From: Hyphomicrobiaceae bacterium | GTDB taxonomy: Bacteria > Pseudomonadota > Alphaproteobacteria > Rhizobiales > Hyphomicrobiaceae | Length of the DNA: 64,000 bases | NCBI GenBank assembly: GCA_025351355.1 | Contig: JANXWC010000036.1 | Coordinates: 24,296-88,295, forward strand | Direction of reading: 5' to 3' | Shown here: positions 31,583 to 41,330 of the stretch, piece after piece | Layout: each line of letters starts with the position of its first letter | Numbering within the stretch: position 1 is the stretch's first letter | Translations under genes and position numbers: made by a program | The notes under the pieces: generated by a model | Databases searched by the model: none | Told to the model about the DNA's origin: nothing | Seen by the model: only the letters and a program-made list of their open reading frames with translations

Positions 31583-32952
31583 TGCTGAACACTCACTGGC
31601 GCATCGCCGCGCTTAGCTTCGGCTCCAGGTTGCTGGGCGCCATCGCTCCGCCGCTTGCCGTCGCCGCGTTTTGGGCGGTCCCCTGTTGGCGGTATTGCAT
31701 CCGGAGCAGCCACCGACATCGCCGTGGCGCCACTCTGTTCGGGTGGATTAGATGCAGCAGGACCGGGTTGAGTGGGGCGTGCGTCAGCTGCGCCGGCATT
31801 CGGCGCAGTTGTAAATATACGAGCACCGTCCTTCAGGCGCGAAAAGCCGGTAGTTACCACTTGGTCGCCCGGTGAGACGCCAGTAATTACAACGGATTGC
31901 GCATCATTCTGCAGTCCTATTGTCACTGCACGCTGGACTACGCGTTTGTCGGCCGTTGCGGTGAACACGTACACGCCAGTCGGTCCGCGCTGGATCGCCG
32001 GTGTCGGCACCACCACAACTTGCTTCAACGTATCAACGAGAACCCGCACGTTGACGAATTGTCCCGGCCACAGCTGCAGTTTTGAGTTCGGAAATTCGGC
32101 CTTCAGTTTGATCGTACCGGTGGTCTGGTCAACCTGATTGTCGACGACCTGGAGCGTGCCCTTATCAAGTGCAACCTTGTTGTCCGAGTCCATGGCTTCT
32201 ACTGCGACCGCCCCCGCGGCCATAGCCTTTGCGACTTGTGGTAGTTGCTGTTGCGGAAGTGTGAAAATTGCAGTTACCGGCTGCAGTTGCGCTAAAACGA
32301 CGATTCCCTGATCAGCCGTTCGTGTGACATTGCCTGCATCGATAAGTCGAATGCCAGTGCGGCCATCGATCGGGGCGATGACCTTTGCGTAGTCGAGAAC
32401 AGTTTGCGCGCTGGCCACTGCGGCCGCATCGGCCGCCACTTGCGCGGTCAATTGGCGCACCAACGCCTCCTGCGTATCGACGGTCTTCTGAGCAATGACG
32501 CCGGCAGTAATGTGTGAGTAGCGGTCAAGGTCTTTTTTTGCATTGAAAAGCTGCGTCTCATCGACCTGTTTTTTCGCTTGCACTTGATCAAGGGCGGCCT
32601 GAAACGGAATCGGATCAATTTCAGCAAGAACATCGCCCTTTTTAACGAACTGGCCCTCGGAAAAGTTGAATTTCATGATCTTGCCTTCGACCAACGCCTT
32701 AACGGTGACAGTGTTGAGCGCCTTCACTGTGCCAACACCCTCAAGTTGGACGGGTACGTCGGTTAGCTTCGCCAGCCCCAGCAGTACAGGCGACGGTAGT
32801 TCGCCAGCCACCGCTCCCTGTCCGCCACGTTTGCCGCCGACCGCGGCCGCCAGATTCTTGAGGGGTGATTCTTTTGTCGAAGCCGCAACGACAAGCCATA
32901 CGGCCAAGCAGGCGACTGTGAGCGCAATCAAACGCTTGAGCAATTTTTTCAC
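31579..32952 (-). CDS. mdtA: RND efflux periplasmic adaptor (membrane fusion protein), MdtA-like
   Basis: Lipoyl, beta-barrel and coiled-coil HlyD_D23-type sequence. GTG start. Pro/Ala/Gly-rich C-terminal tail. Confidence 0.8.
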   Translation of the reverse strand: MKKLLKRLIALTVACLAVWLVVAASTKESPLKNLAAAVGGKRGGQGAVAGELPSPVLLGLAKLTDVPVQLEGVGTVKALNTVTVKALVEGKIMKFNFSEGQFVKKGDVLAEIDPIPFQAALDQVQAKKQVDETQLFNAKKDLDRYSHITAGVIAQKTVDTQEALVRQLTAQVAADAAAVASAQTVLDYAKVIAPIDGRTGIRLIDAGNVTRTADQGIVVLAQLQPVTAIFTLPQQQLPQVAKAMAAGAVAVEAMDSDNKVALDKGTLQVVDNQVDQTTGTIKLKAEFPNSKLQLWPGQFVNVRVLVDTLKQVVVVPTPAIQRGPTGVYVFTATADKRVVQRAVTIGLQNDAQSVVITGVSPGDQVVTTGFSRLKDGARIFTTAPNAGAADARPTQPGPAASNPPEQSGATAMSVAAPDAIPPTGDRPKRGDGKRRSDGAQQPGAEAKRGDAPVSVQQ

Positions 32953-33099
32953 GGTCGTCGTTGCCTTTCGCTATACCCAAGCCTGCTTGCATTACCTTAA
33001 TCGTCAGCACTTCAAGTCCAAGGATCCGAAAAAGTGCCTGTCACGATTCAACGCGCAAAACTTCTTCCTCCGTCGATCCGCCTCACATCATACACTGAA

Positions 33100-33156
33100 A
33101 ATACGGCAATGTGGCTGTTTGTACGCCGAAAATTGGCCGTGATGTTCAATTAATAG
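33100..33156. promoter_or_regulatory. copy A of a conserved upstream sequence block (AATACGGCAATG ... AATTAATAG)
   Basis: 12-mer at 33100-33111 and 9-mer at 33148-33156, 148 nt upstream of the mdtA-like start. A collinear copy lies at 43593-43640. Confidence 0.5.
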
Positions 33157-33237
33157 TTTGAAATTGTTGTTTTATACGGTAACGGGCTGGTGGGTTGCTG
33201 TCCTTGAGCGAAGCAAGCCTTAGCGCTGTCGGTTTCA

Positions 33238-33939
33238 CTACATTACGCCGAATTTATTGAACGCCTCGACAGTCGGCATGCCCCGTCGGATAGCTTCGGC
33301 CACTTGGTTTTCTGTCGTGGCCTTCTCCAGGGCGCGTTGAATGGCTTCACTTTCAGCAGCGCGCGGGATGACCAGGACGCCTTCGCGATCGCCAAACACA
33401 AGGTCCCCTGTTTGAACACGGACGCCCCCAATTTCGACGGTGCAGCGATAGTCGATCACTTTGCCCCGCGGACCCTGATCTTGCGCATAAAGACCCCGGC
33501 AAAAAAGCGGAAATTCGAGCGCTTCAATTTCGCTCGCATCGCGGGCGAAGCCGTCTATGACGGCCCCCGCAGCTTGCAAATGCTTCGCGCGCATCGACAT
33601 CAGCCCGCCCCACAGTGCGTAACGAGGGATCGGTGTGTGTGCGACATATATTTCGCCGGGCCGCAGCTGATCCAGCGCTTCGAAAAGTAAGCCAAACTGC
33701 TTTTTTGACAACGGGCCAAGGCCTTCGCCCGCTTCTTCAAATACATCTGCTTCCAACACGGGCATCGCTCGGCCGGCAATTTTCATCGTCGGGATGAGTG
33801 GGCTAATGCCGGGTGGTAGAAATTGACGCTTGAATCCCATCTGATCGAGAATATCGCCGACGACGGCCGTGAAAAGCTGATTTTTAAGAACTGCAAAAAG
33901 CTCAATGTCCTCTGCTGGTGCGACCGTGGCGGTAGACAT
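33238..33939 (-). CDS. RraA family protein (RraA/HMG-aldolase-like)
   Basis: WGGLMSMRAKHLQAAGAVIDGFARD and GDLVFGDREGVLVIP motifs of the RraA-like fold. Confidence 0.75.
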   Translation of the reverse strand: MSTATVAPAEDIELFAVLKNQLFTAVVGDILDQMGFKRQFLPPGISPLIPTMKIAGRAMPVLEADVFEEAGEGLGPLSKKQFGLLFEALDQLRPGEIYVAHTPIPRYALWGGLMSMRAKHLQAAGAVIDGFARDASEIEALEFPLFCRGLYAQDQGPRGKVIDYRCTVEIGGVRVQTGDLVFGDREGVLVIPRAAESEAIQRALEKATTENQVAEAIRRGMPTVEAFNKFGVM

Positions 33940-34144
33940 GATCTATCCTCGATTTTGACTCGGTATGGTTGCGTCCAATTGTCGAAGCCAGTTTGTTATC
34001 GGCGGCAAAGCAAAACTTATCTATTCAACGGTGCCATTGCAGTAGAACGGGCGCGCGGGTAGGAGTTTGTTTTAGGTATCCGCCCTCGTCAGTACGTAGG
34101 CGATCACAATTGTCCTGCCACCTTACACCGTCGGAGATGATGCC

Positions 34145-34909
34145 TTGTTAGACAAGTTAGCGGCAATGAGCCCCAAGCATCTGCTGCAGTTGCGCGTTCT
34201 GGATGGCGGAGACTTGGACCTGTCGGTGACGGATCCGTTGGAGCGTACGACAAGATACATCTATGACGAGATCTTTGTCGGTCGCACGTACGTTCATCCC
34301 AAGATTAGAGTGCCGGATCGTGCCACAATTGTCGATGTCGGAGCCAATATCGGGCTTTTTGCTATTTGGGCAGCGCGCGAATATAGACCGCAGACGATCC
34401 TGGCGTATGAAGCTAGTCCGACGACGCATGATTGCTTGGTCGACAATATTGCGCGTTATGTGGATCCTGAATTGACAATGGCGGCCTGTATCAATCTTGC
34501 CGTATCGCGAGAGGCAAACCAGGAATTGCTGCTGCACCAACCGCCCTGGGTCGCGGGCCTGAGCACGATCCTGGACGGCACGACATTGCCCTGGATCGAG
34601 GAACTGCGCGGCAAGGGCGAGCTCAATACTCATCGGGTGCGGAGTACCACTATTTCCCGAGAAATTGTCGATCGGGGGGTGGACCGTATCGACCTATTAA
34701 AGATCGATGTCGAAGGCCATTTCATGGAGGTGCTTCAGGGCATCGATCCCAAGGATATGGCGAAAGTGCGAAACATCGTGCTTGAGGCTGAGTACGCCGA
34801 AACGCTTGGGCACTCGCGCGATTCCATTTCCGAGTTGCTGAGTGCAAACGGCTTTGAGGTCGAGGCTCAAGATGCTGCGCAGATCATGATCTACGCGTGG
34901 CGTGTCTAG
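34145..34909 (+). CDS. FkbM family SAM-dependent methyltransferase
   Basis: IVDVGANIGLFAIWAA motif I and LLKIDVEGHFMEVLQG, typical of Methyltransf_21/FkbM. Confidence 0.75.
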   Translation: MLDKLAAMSPKHLLQLRVLDGGDLDLSVTDPLERTTRYIYDEIFVGRTYVHPKIRVPDRATIVDVGANIGLFAIWAAREYRPQTILAYEASPTTHDCLVDNIARYVDPELTMAACINLAVSREANQELLLHQPPWVAGLSTILDGTTLPWIEELRGKGELNTHRVRSTTISREIVDRGVDRIDLLKIDVEGHFMEVLQGIDPKDMAKVRNIVLEAEYAETLGHSRDSISELLSANGFEVEAQDAAQIMIYAWRV

Positions 34910-35060
34910 GGCCCGTGTCGACGGTTGCACGCGACAACCGTGGCCACGACCAGTCGGACAACCTCGGCCCCAATTTTGACCTGCAGGCGTGGTCGTTCGA
35001 ACGGTGACGCATACGCTGATTTAGAGCAAGGTTTTGTGGTGTCAAAAGTAAGGCGGAAGC

Positions 35061-35321
35061 ATGATCGATTGGTCTGAGCGCAAGCGCTATTGGCGCGATA
35101 CCAAATGGCAGATGGTGGCGACCTTAGTCCCATTTCTCGTCGCCGTCCTTCTATTGCCGCTCTATGCAGAGGCTTTGAACGCGCGACCGGTCTTCGGCAT
35201 GCCACTTGGTTATTTCGTTGTGTGCCATGGCTTGTTGGTGATTGCCACGATCGTCATGGCAAGCTTTGTCAACCGACAGGATGCCATTGATCATTGGCAC
35301 GGGGCCGGTGAGGATCCGTGA
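35061..35321 (+). CDS. DUF4212-type small subunit of a sodium:solute symporter
   Basis: 86 aa with two TM helices, YWRDTKWQM... N-terminus, immediately upstream of the SSS permease. Confidence 0.75.
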   Translation: MIDWSERKRYWRDTKWQMVATLVPFLVAVLLLPLYAEALNARPVFGMPLGYFVVCHGLLVIATIVMASFVNRQDAIDHWHGAGEDP

Positions 35322-35324
35322 ACG

Positions 35325-37160
35325 ATGACCGTGATAAATGCAACGCGCTTCACTAGTCGCCGATCTGGCACGTACGTCGCAATCTTTGCCAGCACTTACG
35401 TCAGTCTCTTCCTTTGTGCCCTGATTGCTGAACAGCTGGGCGTGGCGCGGGGGGCTTTGGAAAAGTCTATGGCTGTTGCTCCGATGCTTTTGTTCGTCGG
35501 AATTGGGCTATTGATGGCTGCCGAAGATAGTCACGATTTTTATGCGGCGAGCAGGCGCACCGCACCATACTATTCAGGGCTTTCGCTGGCGCTTACGGCC
35601 ATTGGCGGTACCGGGGTCGTTTGCATCACAGGTGCATTGTTCAAGATCGGGATTGACGCATTGGTTTTGCTGATCGGCTGGGTAACTGGACTGGTCTTCG
35701 CTGGCGTTCTCATTTTCCCGTTCGTCCGGAAATGCGGTGCCTACACGATTCCGAGTTTTCTCGGCCTGCGGTTCGATAGCCGAGTGGTCCGCATCAGTTC
35801 CGCAGCTGTCTTGGTCGTCCCAACACTCTTGATTGTAGCCGCCGAATTGCGAGTGGGGGCGTTCTTGCTCGGCTGGATGACCGGACAACCGGAAGTTCTT
35901 ATGATCGGCCTCACGGCGGTACTAGCGACCGCCATGGTCGCGGTCGGTGGCATGCGGAGTCTGACGTGGACCTCGGCGACGCAAGCAATTGCAGCCTTAC
36001 TTGCCATGGTGGTTCCGGCGACGATCGTTTCGCTGCTCATCTCCAATTTGCCGTTCCCGCAGATGATGCATGGAAACTTGTTGCGTGCGTTCAGCAGGTC
36101 CGAGTTTGCCCAGTCGTTTCCGCCGTTGCCCTCGGGCGCCGCCATTTTTCGGTTGCCCGGAGCTGGACTTGAGCCCTTCGATGGACCTTACTTACAATCG
36201 TTCGGGCATGTCGGACCGCTGAGCCTTCCCCTGATTGTTCTGGTCATCGCCACGGGGATTGCAGGACTTCCTGCACTACTCAACCGCGCAGGCACTGCGA
36301 CAACCGTATATGAGGCACGCAAATCAATGGGTTGGGCGGTTTTGAATGCTGCCTTTATCTTGTTGACGCTGGCTTCTGTCGCGGGCTTCATGCGTGGATA
36401 TGTGAGTGAGCAGATTGTCAACGCAGCCGGCGACCGCCTTCCGCTTTGGTTTCAAAGCCTTCAGCAGCATGGCCTCGCCGCGGTTGGCAAAACCCGAGAG
36501 GCCATCTCGCTCAGCGGCATCCAAATCAAACGCGATGTCGCGTTTGTCGCTTTGCCGATGGCCGCGGGAATGCCTGTCGCGCTCATCACGTTGGCAGTGT
36601 GCGGAGCCCTCTCATCAGCCTTGGCCGGCGCCTCCGCGCACATCCTTGCTTTGGGCGGCATGATCGCGGAGGATTTGATCAACGGTGGGCGCCGTGAGGC
36701 ACCAGAAGACGCGCGACGATTGCTGGCTGGTCGACTAGCGGTGGGTTTGTCTGGTGGATTGGGGTTGGCGGTCGCGTGTTTTGTAACGGACCCTTTGGCG
36801 GTTGTTGTCTTGGCCTTGGCTTTTTCGGCCGCGACAGGATTTCCGGTGCTCGTGCTGTCCATTCTTTGGCGCAAGGTCTCGCGATTGGGTGCCGTGGCCG
36901 GTATGATGACCGGGGCCGGGGTGACGGTGGTTTTGATGTTCGCGGCAAGTACCGGCGTGATCAATATGTCTCCAGTGCTGGCTGCCGTTTTTGGCGGACC
37001 TGCCAATTTCCTGGTAATGGTCGCTCTGTCTCAGGCCTCGCCTATGACGGCGCGCAGGGCGCTGGAAGTAGTTCGCGATATTCGTATTCCCGGCGGTGAA
37101 GCAATCTATGACCGCGAAATGCGATTGTTGCGTCGCAAACGCGCGTCGGCGGTGCGGTGA
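35325..37160 (+). CDS. sodium:solute symporter family permease (VC_2705-like)
   Basis: 611-aa polytopic membrane protein paired with a DUF4212 gene 3 nt upstream. Confidence 0.75.
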   Translation: MTVINATRFTSRRSGTYVAIFASTYVSLFLCALIAEQLGVARGALEKSMAVAPMLLFVGIGLLMAAEDSHDFYAASRRTAPYYSGLSLALTAIGGTGVVCITGALFKIGIDALVLLIGWVTGLVFAGVLIFPFVRKCGAYTIPSFLGLRFDSRVVRISSAAVLVVPTLLIVAAELRVGAFLLGWMTGQPEVLMIGLTAVLATAMVAVGGMRSLTWTSATQAIAALLAMVVPATIVSLLISNLPFPQMMHGNLLRAFSRSEFAQSFPPLPSGAAIFRLPGAGLEPFDGPYLQSFGHVGPLSLPLIVLVIATGIAGLPALLNRAGTATTVYEARKSMGWAVLNAAFILLTLASVAGFMRGYVSEQIVNAAGDRLPLWFQSLQQHGLAAVGKTREAISLSGIQIKRDVAFVALPMAAGMPVALITLAVCGALSSALAGASAHILALGGMIAEDLINGGRREAPEDARRLLAGRLAVGLSGGLGLAVACFVTDPLAVVVLALAFSAATGFPVLVLSILWRKVSRLGAVAGMMTGAGVTVVLMFAASTGVINMSPVLAAVFGGPANFLVMVALSQASPMTARRALEVVRDIRIPGGEAIYDREMRLLRRKRASAVR

Positions 37161-37339
37161 TAGGTTGCCTGATGGGTTGGTGACCGCTTGCGTATCAAGG
37201 CTCCTGGGCGCTATCGATGTCAGTCCGTAATGCCGCACTGCGGGATCACGGATGAAGCTGTCACGCGGAGCTTCGGCGATGCGCGGCGGCGCCCTTTGGA
37301 GCAAGAGTTGGTTGGGCGACGCACATGCAAGGAAGTAGT

Positions 37340-38308
37340 ATGGCCCGACGTGAGCTTCTTGGACTTTATCCGCCAATCGAGCCGTTCCGCGCGGGCCGGT
37401 TAATCGTCCCCGGTGGCCATGAGATTTACTACGAACAGTCAGGCAATCCGAAGGGTCTACCGGTCATTGTTATTCACGGCGGTCCCGGCGGTGGTTCCAA
37501 TGCCACGATGCGCCGGTTCCACGATCCGTCGCGGTATCACATTATTCTTTTCGATCAGCGGGGCTGCGGCAGGTCCATCCCGCATGCCAGTTTAGATGAC
37601 AACACCACTTGGCATCTCGTGGCCGACATGGAACGCCTGCGTCAGCATATTGGCGTGGAGCGCTGGCAGCTGTTCGGCGGCTCTTGGGGCTCGACGTTGG
37701 CAATCGCTTATGCCGAAACTCATCCCGAGCGTGTCACAGAAATGATCCTGCGCGGCATTTTCTTGCTGCGACCTGCTGAGATTCGCTGGTTTTATCAAGA
37801 GGGGGTCAATTGGATATTTCCTGACGCATTTGCGTTGTTTCAGAGCCTGATTCCACCTGCTGAGCGTGCAGACATGGTGGCGGCCTATCATCGGCGTTTG
37901 ACCAGTGCGGATCGCAAAATCCAGATCGAAGCGGCTCGTGCGTGGTCAGTATTCGAAGGGTCGACGTTGTCACTGTTGCAAGATCCTGAACGCCTCAAGT
38001 TATTTGCTGCTGATACTTACGCAATCGCATTCGCACGTATTGAGTGCCATTATTTCGTCAACGGCGGATTTCTTGACCAACCCGACCAACTCCTGGCCAA
38101 TGCTGGCAAGCTTCGACGTATTCCGGGCGTGATCGTACACGGACGGTATGATGTCGTAACGCCGCTGAAAAATGCATTCGACCTTAAGGCCGCTTGGCCT
38201 GAAGTTGATTTGCGCGTCGTATCCGATGCCGGCCATGCGATGACTGAACCCGGGACGACACACGAGCTAGTGGCCGCAACGCGTCGTTTTGGCTCGCGTC
38301 AAGATTAG
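37340..38308 (+). CDS. pip: prolyl aminopeptidase (proline iminopeptidase)
   Basis: HGGPGGG oxyanion motif and GGSWGSTL nucleophile elbow. ATG 37340 is preceded by AAGGAAG. Confidence 0.9.
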   Translation: MARRELLGLYPPIEPFRAGRLIVPGGHEIYYEQSGNPKGLPVIVIHGGPGGGSNATMRRFHDPSRYHIILFDQRGCGRSIPHASLDDNTTWHLVADMERLRQHIGVERWQLFGGSWGSTLAIAYAETHPERVTEMILRGIFLLRPAEIRWFYQEGVNWIFPDAFALFQSLIPPAERADMVAAYHRRLTSADRKIQIEAARAWSVFEGSTLSLLQDPERLKLFAADTYAIAFARIECHYFVNGGFLDQPDQLLANAGKLRRIPGVIVHGRYDVVTPLKNAFDLKAAWPEVDLRVVSDAGHAMTEPGTTHELVAATRRFGSRQD

Positions 38309-38344
38309 ATCGATCTCAATATATGCGTCACGGAAGGACATTAC

Positions 38345-39142
38345 ATGAAAATTGCTGTCGTGGGCGCGGCGGGACGAATGGGCCGCGAGTTGGTAAAGGC
38401 GATCCATGCAAACGAGGGAACGGTGTTGGGCGGCGCAGTCGAGCAAAAGGGCTCCATTGCGGTCGGACAGGATGCCGGATTGCTAGCAGGACTTGGCAGG
38501 CTTGGCGTCTTGATAACCGATCAGGCTCTGGAGACCTTTGCCAAAGTTGACGCTGTGCTGGATTTCACGGTGCCGGCAGCTTCGGTCGAATTTGCAGGGC
38601 TCGCCGCGAATGCGCGCATTGTCCACGTCTGCGGCACCACTGGCATGAGCGAGACTGATGATGCTGCCATCAAGGCTGCGGCTCGCCATGCAACGATCAT
38701 CCGTGCGGGCAACATGAGTCTGGGAGTAAATTTGTTGGTCGCCATGACGAAGAAAATTGCTGCCGCCCTCGATGCGGATTTTGACATTGAGATTGTCGAG
38801 ATGCATCACCGGATGAAGGTGGACGCTCCGTCGGGTACTGCGTTGATGCTTGGCGAAGCGGCAGCCGGAGGGCGAGGGGTGAGTTTACGCGACGTTTCCG
38901 ACTATGCCCGAAACGGCCAAACCGGTGCACGCAAGCGCGGTCATATCGGCTTTGCGGCGCTTCGCGGCGGTAATGTAGTCGGCGATCACACGGTGATCTT
39001 TGCGGCTGAAGGTGAGCGGATTGAAATTACGCATAGGGCGGATGATCGGGCGATATTTGCGCGAGGTGCAGTGAAAGCTGCGCTATGGGGCAAAGGGAGG
39101 CCACCGGGAATTTACAGCATGATGGACGTGCTCGGCCTATAG
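38345..39142 (+). CDS. dapB: 4-hydroxy-tetrahydrodipicolinate reductase
   Basis: [18 protein letters not shown] site and [16 protein letters not shown] catalytic motif. Confidence 0.95.
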   Translation: MKIAVVGAAGRMGRELVKAIHANEGTVLGGAVEQKGSIAVGQDAGLLAGLGRLGVLITDQALETFAKVDAVLDFTVPAASVEFAGLAANARIVHVCGTTGMSETDDAAIKAAARHATIIRAGNMSLGVNLLVAMTKKIAAALDADFDIEIVEMHHRMKVDAPSGTALMLGEAAAGGRGVSLRDVSDYARNGQTGARKRGHIGFAALRGGNVVGDHTVIFAAEGERIEITHRADDRAIFARGAVKAALWGKGRPPGIYSMMDVLGL

Positions 39143-39221
39143 CCCTTCGCTAACTTGATGATTGCGCCGCGCAGACTCGATCGCAAGTCGACGTGATGAA
39201 ACTCATGCCGTTGCAAGCATT

Positions 39222-40016
39222 ATGATCTTCCTCGGATTGCTTCTCAAAATTTCTGTTCCACCAGTCCTGGTCGCTCTGATGTCGCTGGCGGCACGGAGAT
39301 GGGGAGCAACGTTCGGCGGGTTGATTATGGGGTTGCCGTGGATGACGGGCCCCCTACTGTTTTTTCTTGGTGTCGACAAGGGTACGGACTTTTTGGTGTC
39401 GGCTGCTACTGGCGCCGTATTGGCGGTGTGGGGTATGGCTGGGTTTATTGTCTGCTTCGGATATGCGGCGGGCAGGACCAGGTGGGGATCGGCGCTCGCC
39501 GCCGCCGTGGTAGGATACGTGATCATCGGCTCGCTTACGCAGGGACTTCTGCTGCCGATTTGGGTCGACGCCGCCGTAGCAAGTTTGTCGCTTTGCGCAG
39601 CGAATAATTTGCTGCCGAAGCCACGGACGGAAGCCGGACTGGGCCGCTTGCCGAGCTGGGACATTCCGGCGCGGATGATAGCCACGTTTGCGCTGGTGAG
39701 TTTGATCATAGTTTCGGCGGATCTTATCGGTCCGCAAATATCGGGCTTGATTGCGAGCTATCCAGTAATTCTGACCGTCATTGGAACATTTACATTGCGG
39801 CAATGGGGATGCGATGCACTCTTGCGCCTCCTGCATGGCATTTCACTGTCGCTGCTCGCATTCGTTGGTTTTTTTACCGTCGTCGGCAGCGCATCGCCGG
39901 TCCTCGGAATAAGTGGTTCTTTCGTTCTTGCCACGCTGGTGGCATTAGCCATCAGCGCTGTGCTCTTGGTTGCCACCGGGCGCCCGCAGCAAGCGATGCA
40001 AATTGCATCTGACTAA
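39222..40016 (+). CDS. polytopic membrane protein, unknown function
   Basis: About 7 hydrophobic helices and no recognised transporter signature. Its stop overlaps the convergent ATP-grasp gene stop by 4 nt. The ORF opens at 39162. Confidence 0.55.
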   Translation: MIFLGLLLKISVPPVLVALMSLAARRWGATFGGLIMGLPWMTGPLLFFLGVDKGTDFLVSAATGAVLAVWGMAGFIVCFGYAAGRTRWGSALAAAVVGYVIIGSLTQGLLLPIWVDAAVASLSLCAANNLLPKPRTEAGLGRLPSWDIPARMIATFALVSLIIVSADLIGPQISGLIASYPVILTVIGTFTLRQWGCDALLRLLHGISLSLLAFVGFFTVVGSASPVLGISGSFVLATLVALAISAVLLVATGRPQQAMQIASD

Positions 40017-41320
40017 GCGTCGACCAATTTAGAACGGGTGGACTTCGTGTCTGCCTTCGCAGTTGGGGTTGGCGGCTGTTGCCGCAGCTGTGCTCGTATT
40101 TCGGCCATCCGGGTGGGATGCAACTTAGCTAACCCTTCAAGGTACGCGGCAATAACGGGCATGTCTTCCCAAGGAATATCATGATGACAACCCGATCCGG
40201 CTGCGAGGCGCGGACTGCAGGGATCACGCTCAAGTTCCTTCGGAAATAGTGCGATTTCCATGTCCGGCATGGGGTCATGGTTTTGTGGGGGTAGTCTGTG
40301 TCCCTTGATGTGGGCGGCCATCGCGCCGCAAACGTCATGACCGAGACGGCTACCAAGATGTACGCTACCGACCGGGCGCGCGTTCATCTCGATAAGCGTC
40401 GCCGAGTTGTCGGGTGCGATCAGGAAGTCGAAACTTGCAAAGCCAGAAATTTCGGTAGCAGACACAAGCGTGACCGCCGCCGCCGCCATTTCCGGATGAT
40501 CAATGGGGCGCAATACGGTGCTCGCGCCGGCGGGCTCAGGATGGACAGCCACCGCACTGAATGTAACGCCGTCCAATATGCGGCCTTCGACCGCCGCAAC
40601 CGTATGGATCGCTAATCTGCCCTCAACACGGGACTGAATGGCGGCAGCCGGCTGCTCAAGGCCGACAAGGTTCGCCCGCGACCACACGAGCTGCTTTGCT
40701 GCTGTGCGGAGTCGCTGCAATGAGGGCGCGCCATCAAGGCCAACGCTTGTCATGGCAGACTTGAGCTCAGCAGGATTACGAATGGCGAAAACTCCGGCGC
40801 CGCCGCAAGTGTGCTCAAGTTTGAACATTAACGGATAGCCAATTGCCGTTGCGGCCTGGATCGCCTCAGATGTATCCCGCACCGCGATATTTTGCGGAAC
40901 GCGCACCCCACTCGCTGCCGCTAAATCCAGCAGTTTGGTCCTCGAAAGTGCGGCGCAATAGCCATGCTCGGACCCCAACGAGCGCACGATCAACCGGTGC
41001 AACGCAGCGCTTGCGCGACGCCCGACGACCAGGCTGCGCAATTGCCATGATGCCATGTCGTCGAGCGGAACAATCCAGTCCGGCGCCCAATCGGCAATTG
41101 TGCGTTCCAACGCTCCCGTCACAGCAAGCATCGCTAGCCATAAGCCCCGCTGCCGGGGCAACGGGAAATGGCGCGAAATCATGCCCGAGCGTGCTGAATA
41201 AAAATCAGGCGGACTGAGAACGGCACAATCAAGTCCTGCGTTCGCCATCGCACCGACGACGCGATTGGCGCCAACATCATTGGTCAGGGCGAGATATAAC
41301 ACTCTCCGGTGCGACGTCAT
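40013..41320 (-). CDS. ATP-grasp domain ligase, unknown substrate
   Basis: Central ATP-grasp pattern (GYPLMFKLEHTCGGAGVFAI ... FDFLIAPDNSATLIEMNARP). Last gene of a 3-gene operon. Confidence 0.7.
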   Translation of the reverse strand: MTSHRRVLYLALTNDVGANRVVGAMANAGLDCAVLSPPDFYSARSGMISRHFPLPRQRGLWLAMLAVTGALERTIADWAPDWIVPLDDMASWQLRSLVVGRRASAALHRLIVRSLGSEHGYCAALSRTKLLDLAAASGVRVPQNIAVRDTSEAIQAATAIGYPLMFKLEHTCGGAGVFAIRNPAELKSAMTSVGLDGAPSLQRLRTAAKQLVWSRANLVGLEQPAAAIQSRVEGRLAIHTVAAVEGRILDGVTFSAVAVHPEPAGASTVLRPIDHPEMAAAAVTLVSATEISGFASFDFLIAPDNSATLIEMNARPVGSVHLGSRLGHDVCGAMAAHIKGHRLPPQNHDPMPDMEIALFPKELERDPCSPRLAAGSGCHHDIPWEDMPVIAAYLEGLAKLHPTRMAEIRAQLRQQPPTPTAKADTKSTRSKLVDA

Positions 41321-41330
41321 TGTTTGGCGC

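Noticed and set aside
36461-37376. Minus-strand ORFs (181 and 213 aa) over the 3' end of the symporter gene
   Set aside because: They are antisense to a polytopic membrane protein gene. Their Pro/Arg/Thr-rich low-complexity translations are not protein-like.
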